NCBI GenBank assembly: GCA_949284545.1
Contig: CASDVX010000099.1
Location: forward strand, 1-50,097
Source of the DNA: an uncultured Eubacteriales bacterium
GTDB lineage: Bacteria; Bacillota; Clostridia; Oscillospirales; CAJFTT01
Direction: 5' to 3'
DNA: 50,097 bases
Part shown: positions 37,408 to 44,886 of the stretch, in pieces
Numbering within the stretch: the stretch's first letter is position 1
How the letters are laid out: every line of letters begins with the position of its first letter
Position numbers and translations under genes: made by a program
Notes under the pieces: model-generated
Told to the model about the DNA's origin: nothing
Seen by the model: only the letters and a program-made list of their open reading frames with translations
Database searches by the model: none

Positions 37408-38071
37408 AACATTCACAAACGGAATACTCAGGGAAAATCCCACGCTGCGCCTTGTGCTGGGCACATGCCCGACCCTTGCCATAACCACCGCGGCGTTAAA
37501 CGGGGTGGGTATGGGGATCGCCGCAACGCTGGTGTTGGTGTGCTCAAATGCAGCTATATCGCTGCTCAGAAAGGTCATACCGGAGCAGGTCAGGATACCT
37601 GCTTATATTACCATAATCGCCGGATTTGTCACGGTGGTCCAGATGCTTGTAAAGGCTTACGCCCAGTCCATAGACGAGACTCTCGGCATATACCTTCCGC
37701 TGATAGTGGTAAACTGCATAATCCTCGGCCGCGCGGAGATGTTCGCGTCCAAGAACCCTGTGCTGCCTTCCGTACTTGACGGGCTCGGAATGGGGATAGG
37801 CTTCACCGCCGCGCTTGTGACCATGGGAGCAATACGGGAGCTGATAGGGGCAGGCACCCTGTTCGGCATAACCGTGACGGCAGGATCAATAGAACCCATG
37901 GTCCTGTTCATACTTCCGCCGGGAGGCTTTTTCGTTTTCGGAATGCTCATAGCATTGGCAAATAAGCTGTCAGGCGGCGGGAACAAGAAGGAATTCGGGT
38001 GCATGGGCTGCGCGGGCTGCCCGTCTGCAAAGACCTGTTCCGAAGCGAACGGAGGCGGCGGAAATGAGTAA
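37400..38071 (+). CDS. rnfE: Rnf subunit E
   Basis: ENP..LVLGTCPTLA, VRIP, PLIVVNCIILGRAE, LPPGGF. Confidence 0.96.
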   Translation: MIKTFTNGILRENPTLRLVLGTCPTLAITTAALNGVGMGIAATLVLVCSNAAISLLRKVIPEQVRIPAYITIIAGFVTVVQMLVKAYAQSIDETLGIYLPLIVVNCIILGRAEMFASKNPVLPSVLDGLGMGIGFTAALVTMGAIRELIGAGTLFGITVTAGSIEPMVLFILPPGGFFVFGMLIALANKLSGGGNKKEFGCMGCAGCPSAKTCSEANGGGGNE

Positions 38072-38645
38072 CATACTTGCGATCCTCGTGTCCGCCATAT
38101 TGTCGGACAATTATGTCCTTGCCAAATTTCTCGGCATATGCCCGTTTCTCGGTGTGTCGAAGAAACTGGATTCGGCAGTAGGCATGAGCGTGGCGGTGAC
38201 GTTTGTCATGCTCATAGCCACCGCGGCCACATGGCCGATACAAATGTATCTTTTAAATCCCAACGGGCTGGATTATCTTCAGACAATAGTGTTTATTCTC
38301 GTGATAGCGAGCCTTGTGCAGCTTGTGGAAACATTTCTCAAAAAATTCATTCCGCCGCTTCACAAGGCGCTTGGAATATATCTGCCGCTCATCACCACCA
38401 ACTGCGCGGTTCTTGGCGTGGCGATACTGAACGTAGAAGAGTACCCGGATAATTTTCTTGCAGCACTGGTGAACTCGCTGGGTGCGGGAATGGGATTTTT
38501 GCTGGCCATGGTGATTTTTGCCGGTATAAGGTCAAAAGTGGAGAGAGCAAACGTCCCGGATTTTCTTAAGGGACTTCCCGTAACACTTGTGTCGGCAGCG
38601 ATAACGTCCCTGGCGTTCATGGGGTTCCAGGGTATGGGGGGCTGA
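38064..38645 (+). CDS. rnfA: Rnf subunit A
   Basis: FLGICPFLGVS, LGIYLPLITTNCAVLG. Confidence 0.97.
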   Translation: MSNILAILVSAILSDNYVLAKFLGICPFLGVSKKLDSAVGMSVAVTFVMLIATAATWPIQMYLLNPNGLDYLQTIVFILVIASLVQLVETFLKKFIPPLHKALGIYLPLITTNCAVLGVAILNVEEYPDNFLAALVNSLGAGMGFLLAMVIFAGIRSKVERANVPDFLKGLPVTLVSAAITSLAFMGFQGMGG

Positions 38646-38669
38646 CCTTTCGGATAAGGAGAGGAAGAA

Positions 38670-39464
38670 ATGAAGGAGATAATCATTGCCGTCGTTTTGG
38701 TCGGGGGAATAGGCCTTGCGGCGGGAATAGTTCTGGCGCTGGCGGGGCATTTTTTCGCCGTAAAAACAGACGAGACCGTGAAAAAGCTTCGTGAAGCCCT
38801 TCCCGGCGCAAACTGCGGAGGATGCGGATACTCAGGCTGCGACGGGTACGCGCAGGCGGTAAAAGAGGGAGCGTCCTGCTCTCTGTGCGGCCCCGGAGGA
38901 GCGGAAACGGCGGAGAAACTTGCTGAAATAATGGGCGTGAAAGCCGAGAAATGCGAGAAAAGAGCGGCCGTGGTCATGTGCAGGGGTACCTCGGAAGTGA
39001 CTCATACACGCTTTCAGTATGAGGGTATAAACAGCTGCCGTGCCGCCGCATCTCTGGCGGGAGGAAGCGGGAGCTGTTCATACGGGTGCCTTGGGTACGG
39101 AGACTGCGTAAGAGTCTGCGACAGCGGAGGCATACGGGTGGTGGACAAAGTGGCGCGGGTGGATACGTCTCTGTGTATCGCGTGCGGCAAATGCGTGAGC
39201 GCCTGTCCCCGCCGTCTTATAAGCCTGCTGCCGGTGAATGCCGCCGTTCCCATGTGCATGAGCTGCGACAGCGGGGCGGACACGAGGAAGGCCTGCAAAA
39301 ACGGGTGTATCGGATGCATGAAATGTGTTAAAATATGCCCTGAGAGCGCCGTCAAGGTGGAAAACTTCCACGCGGTGATCGACCATGATAAATGCGTGCG
39401 TTGCGGGCTGTGCGCCGAGGCGTGCCCGCTGGGAGTGATATACATACGCGGGGCGAGGACGTGA
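38670..39464 (+). CDS. rnfB: Rnf subunit B (polyferredoxin)
   Basis: LPGANCGGCGYSGC and multiple CxxCxxCxxxCP motifs. Confidence 0.95.
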   Translation: MKEIIIAVVLVGGIGLAAGIVLALAGHFFAVKTDETVKKLREALPGANCGGCGYSGCDGYAQAVKEGASCSLCGPGGAETAEKLAEIMGVKAEKCEKRAAVVMCRGTSEVTHTRFQYEGINSCRAAASLAGGSGSCSYGCLGYGDCVRVCDSGGIRVVDKVARVDTSLCIACGKCVSACPRRLISLLPVNAAVPMCMSCDSGADTRKACKNGCIGCMKCVKICPESAVKVENFHAVIDHDKCVRCGLCAEACPLGVIYIRGART

Positions 39465-39535
39465 GATGTGGGCGCCGGCACAGAACGCCGGTTTCAGGCC
39501 CGTAAACGTTCCGACGTAAAGGGAGAGGTGTAAAG

Positions 39536-40381
39536 GTGTCCGAAGTCTCAGACGTGAAAAGCCTGCCGGAGGAAACGGGCGAAAGGAAGAAAAGACGTTT
39601 CCCCGCAGCGGTTATAATAAAGGCGGCGGCGATACTCATCATCGTTCTGTCGCTCCTGTACATGCTGCTGGTCTTTCTGACCCACGGTGATGACGATTCC
39701 TCAAACCCGTACAAGGTGGACTGGATAAGGGGCATCACGCTGGACGGAGGGTGGTGTGAAGACGCCGCGTCACAGGGGACGGAGGAAGCGATAAGGCTCG
39801 CGGCGGAAAACGGCGGCGTCAACCTGCTTCTGCGCGTGACCGCCGACGGGAACGGGGAAATCGTCCTCAACTATGAAAACGGCTGTAGTCTGGCTCAGGC
39901 CCTTGATATAACCACCGGCGGGGAATGCTCCGTGATAATACAGATAGACGGCGGCGGCGGAGCGGCGGCGGAAGCCCTGTGCGAATTTCTCACCTTACAG
40001 GGCTACGAGGGAAACCTGGCGGTGCAGTCGGCGGACATGGATGCGCTTGCGTGGCTCATGGAGAACCGTCCCAACGTTATACGCGGACTTGTGACAGGCG
40101 GGGATCAGACTGGTTCAGGCGGGTTTGAGGGCTTTCTCGCCGGCAGTATGCTGCTGAACTACAGATGCCGGCCGCATTACGTGGTTTACGACGCGGGCAG
40201 CCTTCCCAACATATCGGCGTCGTATATACGCGGACAGATGTACGTTCTTGCGGCGGGCGCGGAGGACGCGGAGCGCATAGCCGAACTTGACGGCAGCGCG
40301 GACGGGTTCCTGATAGACAGCTGGGCGATAGACATGGGCATCGGGACCGATAACGGGACGGATACGGGGGAAAAAGAGTGA
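39536..40381 (+). CDS. Membrane-anchored, degenerate glycerophosphodiester phosphodiesterase-like protein
   Basis: Single N-terminal TM; GDPD-like segments LAVQS.D..ALAWL..NRPNVIRGL and LLNYRCRPHYVVY, but no HRG or ExD catalytic motifs. Confidence 0.55.
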   Translation: MSEVSDVKSLPEETGERKKRRFPAAVIIKAAAILIIVLSLLYMLLVFLTHGDDDSSNPYKVDWIRGITLDGGWCEDAASQGTEEAIRLAAENGGVNLLLRVTADGNGEIVLNYENGCSLAQALDITTGGECSVIIQIDGGGGAAAEALCEFLTLQGYEGNLAVQSADMDALAWLMENRPNVIRGLVTGGDQTGSGGFEGFLAGSMLLNYRCRPHYVVYDAGSLPNISASYIRGQMYVLAAGAEDAERIAELDGSADGFLIDSWAIDMGIGTDNGTDTGEKE

Positions 40382-40426
40382 TATCCGGCGGCGGACGCCG
40401 CCGAAAACAGAAAGGAAGGTAAAAAT

Positions 40427-41404
40427 ATGTACAAAGCAGCAGACAACAGGTACGGGACGATGAAATACCGCCGCTGCGGCAAAAGCGGCATACATCTGCC
40501 TGAGGTATCCATAGGTATATGGCAGAATTTCGGGTCGGCCTCGGGAAAGTACGAGGACCAGAAGGCGGTTCTGCTCAGAGCCTTTGACCTGGGCATAACC
40601 CATATCGACATGGCCAACAACTACGGCCCTCCCTACGGTTCGGCGGAAGAGACCTTCGGAAGAGTTTACGCCTCCGACCTCAAGCCTTACCGCGACGAGC
40701 TCATCCTGTCCAGCAAAGCCGGATTTGATATGTGGCCCGGCCCGTACGGCAACTGGGGAAGCAAGAAATATCTTATTGCCAGCATAGACCAGTCGCTGAA
40801 ACGCACCGGGCTTGAATATTTCGACATATTCTACCACCACCGCCCGGACGGAGGCACTCCCATAGAGGAGACCTGCGAGGCACTGGAACAGATAGTGAGG
40901 AGCGGTAAGGCTCTGTACGTAGGCATATCGAATTACGGAGCCGACGAAGCGCGCAGGGCAATAGAGGAACTTGAGCGCCGCAACGTCCACTGCCTCATAC
41001 ATCAGCCCAATTACCATATAATGAACCGCTGGATAGAAAACGGGCTTCAGCAGGTGCTTGAGGAGAAAGGCGTGGGAACGATAGCATTCGGACCTCTCGC
41101 GGGCGGGATGCTCACCGGACGTTACTTAAACGGAGCCCCCGCAGGCAGCCGCCGCGCCAGAGACGGATGGGGCGGTCTTTCCGAAGAAGAGCTCAGAAAG
41201 ATCAAAAAGCTTAACGAGATAGCTTTGGAAAGAGGACAGACCCTGGCTCAGATGGCCATAGCGTGGGTCCTCAGAGACGAAAAGGTTACTTCCGCTCTCG
41301 TGGGAGCGTCCAGTGTGGCTCAGATAGAAGAAAACGCCGCCGCGGTGGCCAACACCGAGTTTACAAAGGAAGAGCTGGAGCTTATAGACGCGGCCATAAA
41401 ATAA
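40427..41404 (+). CDS. Aldo/keto reductase (YghZ/Gpr-like)
   Basis: YRRCGKSGIHLP, DMANNYGPPYGSAEE, SSKAG.DMWPGPYG, DIFYHHRPD, GKALYVGISNY. Confidence 0.93.
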   Translation: MYKAADNRYGTMKYRRCGKSGIHLPEVSIGIWQNFGSASGKYEDQKAVLLRAFDLGITHIDMANNYGPPYGSAEETFGRVYASDLKPYRDELILSSKAGFDMWPGPYGNWGSKKYLIASIDQSLKRTGLEYFDIFYHHRPDGGTPIEETCEALEQIVRSGKALYVGISNYGADEARRAIEELERRNVHCLIHQPNYHIMNRWIENGLQQVLEEKGVGTIAFGPLAGGMLTGRYLNGAPAGSRRARDGWGGLSEEELRKIKKLNEIALERGQTLAQMAIAWVLRDEKVTSALVGASSVAQIEENAAAVANTEFTKEELELIDAAIK

Positions 41405-41440
41405 ACAGAGTTGAGTTTACCGTGCCCGTGCAAAAAACAG

Positions 41441-41469
41441 TTGCCATCACTCTGAATATGTGGTAAACT
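41441..41469 (+). promoter_or_regulatory. Sigma-A promoter of ffs (and probably dnaX)
   Basis: TTGCCA-N17-TAAACT with extended TG, 7 nt before the predicted RNA 5' stem. Confidence 0.7.
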
Positions 41470-41476
41470 GATACAA

Positions 41477-41607
41477 GTGCCGCAGCAAGCGGGCGGCAGG
41501 TCCTGTGCGGCAGGGACGGATGAATCATGTCAGGCGGGGAACCGAGCAGCATTAAGTCCGCCACCCTGGGCGCCGCAGGCGTTCCTGCCGTCCGCTGGCT
41601 GCGGCAC
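41477..41607 (+). ncRNA. ffs: Signal recognition particle RNA (small form)
   Basis: Domain IV signature GAATCATGTCAGG-CGG-GGAA-CCG-AGCAGCATTAAG; closing stem GTGCCGCAGC/GCTGCGGCAC; classic position upstream of dnaX. Confidence 0.92.
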
Positions 41608-41671
41608 CGTTTGCACACAGCGAACATAGACGCTGCCCGCCGGGGCGGGTCTTAGGGAAAGGACGGTCAGC

Positions 41672-43321
41672 ATGTACCAGGCGCTTTACCGAAAATACAG
41701 GCCGAGGGTTTTTGAGGACGTGGTGGGTCTCCCGCACGTTACGGACACTCTCAGAACAGAGGTAAAAAACGGAAGGATAGCCCACGCATATCTGTTCACC
41801 GGCTCACGGGGCACAGGGAAAACCACCTGTGCAAGGATACTGGCAAAGGCGATAAACTGTCTTGACCCTAAAGACGGCGATCCCTGCGGATGCTGCGAAG
41901 CCTGCAAAAAAATAGACGGCGGCCTTTCCATGGACGTGACGGAAATAGACGCGGCCAGCAACAACGGAGTGGACAGCATACGCGACCTTCGGGAAGAGGC
42001 GGCCTTCACGCCGGCTGAGCTGAAGGCGCGGGTCTATATAATAGACGAGGTCCATATGCTGAGTCAGGCGGCGTTCAACGCCCTTCTCAAAACCCTGGAG
42101 GAGCCGCCTGAGCACGTGTATTTCATACTTGCCACCACTGAGGTGCAGAAAATCCCGGCGACCATACTTTCAAGATGCCAGCGGTTCGATTTCCACCGCA
42201 TACCCAACGACGCCATATCCGCAAGGCTCAAGTACATCGCCGCCGCAGAAAAAATGGAACTGACGGACGAGGCGGCGGACATGATCGCCCGCATATGCGA
42301 CGGCGGTATGCGCGACGCAGTGTCGCTTCTCGACCAGTGCGGCTCTCAGGGGAAAATAACAGCCGAGGGCGTGGCGCGCTGCGCGGGGCTCGCGTCAAAG
42401 CAGTATCTTATGCAGCTTGCGGAGATGATAGCAAAGCACGATACCGCAGGTGCTATAGGTCTTATAGATTCTCTCTATTCAGACAGCTGCGATATGGAGC
42501 AACTGTGCCGCGAGCTTATACTCACATACAGGGACATGATGATCCTCAGAGTGTCCGGCAACGACGGAAGCGTGAAAGCTGATCCGGCCGCCCTCGGGAA
42601 GACGAAGGAGCTGGCCGCTTTATACACGGTGGAGGAGATCATAGCGGTCCTGGACAGGCTGCAGACCGCCAGGGAAAGGATGAAATATTCTTCGGACAGG
42701 CTTGCGGATATGGAGATAGCCGCGGTGAGACTGTGCGAACCGTCGCTCAACGACGGAGCGTCCGCTCTGGCGGCCAGGATATCAAGGCTTGAAAAAGCCG
42801 TGGCGTCCTTAGGCAGCGGCGGAGCAGTAATGAGGCAAATACCCGATTCTGACACGGCCGAGCCCACAGGCGCGGCGGACAAAAGAGCGGGAAACGTGAA
42901 TATTGACGACACAAAAAAGAGCGCGGCTGTCAGGAAAGAACAGACCTCGGGAGGCCGCGCTGAAAAAAAAGCCCAGGGATCGTCGCCCAAACCCATGCTC
43001 AAGTGGGCGGAAATCATGGCGGAACTTATAAAAATAAACCCGGTGGCAGCCGGATTCATGCAGGGCGCTAAAGCTGTGAGAGACGGGGACAGGATAATCG
43101 TTTCCGGTGTGATAGATTACGTTAAAGACGATTTCGCCAAAGGCGGAGGGATGAAGGAGGCTCTGGAAAAGGCCGCCGCGACCGTATTGGGCGAAAAAGT
43201 CTCAGCCGCAGCGGATACGGGCGGAAAAAATCCCGGCAAGCCGGCAGAGCCGGCCCCGGATCCATTTGAGGATATCCTGTCAAGGGCCAGGGAAGAGGGC
43301 ATACCAATAGAGGAGGAATGA
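41672..43321 (+). CDS. dnaX: DNA polymerase III subunit tau/gamma
   Basis: MYQALYRKYRP, GSRGTGKTT, Zn Cys cluster, EIDAASN, IIDEVHML, SRCQRF, GGMRDA. Confidence 0.98.
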   Translation: MYQALYRKYRPRVFEDVVGLPHVTDTLRTEVKNGRIAHAYLFTGSRGTGKTTCARILAKAINCLDPKDGDPCGCCEACKKIDGGLSMDVTEIDAASNNGVDSIRDLREEAAFTPAELKARVYIIDEVHMLSQAAFNALLKTLEEPPEHVYFILATTEVQKIPATILSRCQRFDFHRIPNDAISARLKYIAAAEKMELTDEAADMIARICDGGMRDAVSLLDQCGSQGKITAEGVARCAGLASKQYLMQLAEMIAKHDTAGAIGLIDSLYSDSCDMEQLCRELILTYRDMMILRVSGNDGSVKADPAALGKTKELAALYTVEEIIAVLDRLQTARERMKYSSDRLADMEIAAVRLCEPSLNDGASALAARISRLEKAVASLGSGGAVMRQIPDSDTAEPTGAADKRAGNVNIDDTKKSAAVRKEQTSGGRAEKKAQGSSPKPMLKWAEIMAELIKINPVAAGFMQGAKAVRDGDRIIVSGVIDYVKDDFAKGGGMKEALEKAAATVLGEKVSAAADTGGKNPGKPAEPAPDPFEDILSRAREEGIPIEEE

Positions 43322-43459
43322 CGCGGGATGCTGCTTCGCATGTGCGACGAAAGGACGAAGACAGCGATTCCGCATAACCGGCGCAGGTACGCGCTTTTTG
43401 CGGATGCGGTATTTTAAGCGGCGCGATGCCGGAGATAGAGCAAATCGCACCCGGAGAGC

Positions 43460-43843
43460 CTAAAAAGCATAAGACAGGGCAGCGCACGGACACTTGTCCG
43501 CGCGCTGCCCTCTGTTTGCGTTGCAGCCGCAGTTACAGTCGCAGCCACAGTCGCAGTCGCAGCCGCAGCCACAGCCGCAGCCACAGCCGCAGCCGCAGTC
43601 GCAGCCACAGCCGCAGTCGCAGCCACAGCCGCAGTTGCAGCCGCGGTCACAGCCACAGTCGCAGTCGCGGTCACAGCCACAGTCGCAGCCGCAGTCGCAG
43701 CCACAGTCGCAGCCGCAGTTGCAGTCGCAGCCGCAGCCGCGGTCACAGTCACAGTCACAGTTGCAGCCGCAGTTACGGTCGCAGCCGCAGTCACAGCCGC
43801 AGCCGCAGTCACAGCTTCTGAAGGAAAACGGTCCTACCCGCAT
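43460..43843 (-). CDS. Possible Cys-rich (Cys-X)n protein, 127 aa
   Basis: ATG 8 nt after the stop of the co-oriented kinase gene; 49 dipeptides, mostly CG/CD/CN; no strong RBS, so coding status is uncertain. Confidence 0.3.
   Translation of the reverse strand: MRVGPFSFRSCDCGCGCDCGCDRNCGCNCDCDCDRGCGCDCNCGCDCGCDCGCDCGCDRDCDCGCDRGCNCGCGCDCGCGCDCGCGCGCGCGCGCDCDCGCDCNCGCNANRGQRADKCPCAALSYAF
43520..43815. repeat. Degenerate hexanucleotide tandem array, about 49 units, consensus RCRGYY on the plus strand
   Basis: Units GCAGCC, GCAGTC, ACAGCC, ACAGTC, GCAGTT, GCGGTC; open in several frames. Confidence 0.95.
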
Positions 43844-43851
43844 ATGAGCGC

Positions 43852-44418
43852 CTATTTGTTCACCTGTTTACCGTTATACATATGGCCGCCCGAGGATAAA
43901 AGCTCCGGAAAATCCGCGTCCGGGGCGTATTCGCGGTCTATCAGGATATATTCGCACCCGTATTCTGCGCACATGCGCAGATTCTTTTTGTTCTCTGCTA
44001 TCATGGCTTCCTGACCGCACAAAAAATCATCCTTCCTGTTCTCGATAACACAGGAGTATCTGACAATATCCTCATAATTGGCCCTGATATAAGATTCAGT
44101 CATCACAAGACACCGAAACCGTATATCACACAGGCAGCTCTCCGGGAAATCCTTCCGCCAGTCAAAGGGTATGTAAAGCCCCTCAATCACAAGATTCTGA
44201 CGATTTTCAATTGCCGTAATGGCGGTTTCGCGTATGATCGGCCACAGGTATTCTCTGAGCTCATCGTCATCTTCCGGAGTGAGAGAGGTGTTTCCGCTGC
44301 GTATAAGCCCCATCTTGAGGTGATCAATTGAAAGGTAGGGTATATGGTATTTTTCAAGAAGCTTTTGCGCAAACAGGGTTTTGCCGACGTGGGATGCTCC
44401 GGCAATCAGAATGACCAT
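43852..44418 (-). CDS. P-loop kinase (adenylate kinase / 2-phosphoglycerate kinase-like)
   Basis: Walker A GASHVGKT, YLSIDHLKMGLIRSG, VIEG; RBS AAGGAGG. Confidence 0.85.
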   Translation of the reverse strand: MVILIAGASHVGKTLFAQKLLEKYHIPYLSIDHLKMGLIRSGNTSLTPEDDDELREYLWPIIRETAITAIENRQNLVIEGLYIPFDWRKDFPESCLCDIRFRCLVMTESYIRANYEDIVRYSCVIENRKDDFLCGQEAMIAENKKNLRMCAEYGCEYILIDREYAPDADFPELLSSGGHMYNGKQVNK

Positions 44419-44564
44419 TTTACATCCTCCTTAAGTTTGCCGCAACGGTTGCTGAATTAACCGTAAATTCCGGTTCCAAGAAAAAACGCCTCAAAGTATT
44501 GCAGGATGCCACGCATATTCTCCATGACGGCGGCTGAAATATCGCCAGTGGCGCCGCATCCGCT

Positions 44565-44620
44565 CACACTGCCCCGCGATCCGCCCACACTGCCCCGCGA
44601 TCCGCCCGCGCCGCCGCATC
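44565..44620. repeat. 21-bp direct repeat (2 copies) plus a degenerate third copy in a C-rich spacer
   Basis: CACACTGCCCCGCGATCCGCC at 44565 and 44586; CGCGCCGCCGCATC at 44607. Confidence 0.8.
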
Positions 44621-44772
44621 TCGCCTGCGCCGCCCTCTGCCTGCACTGCCGCATCTTGGCTGGACCGCCGTATTTCGCCCGAACCGTGACGGCTGTTTAT
44701 TATTTACTCAGGGTTCCAACATGATGACAAACAATTTGAGACGTGGGGTTTGCTGCACGATGAAATGACAGA

Positions 44773-44808
44773 GAAAGAGTCGGCCGCTTAAAGGCAGCCG
44801 ACTCTTTC
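44773..44808 (-). terminator. Terminator hairpin downstream of the solute-binding protein gene
   Basis: GAAAGAGTCGGC-N12-GCCGACTCTTTC; a second, imperfect hairpin at 44844-44874. Confidence 0.7.
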
Positions 44809-44886
44809 GACAGCGTTATGAATGACATCGTAACGGAATACCGATCAGCCCGTTTTAAGCGGTCTGATTTTTTTCGCTGTGCGAAA

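Noticed and set aside
43520-43815. Hexamer array as a CRISPR array or mobile-element end
   Set aside because: 6-bp period with no spacers, no terminal inverted repeats and no transposase nearby
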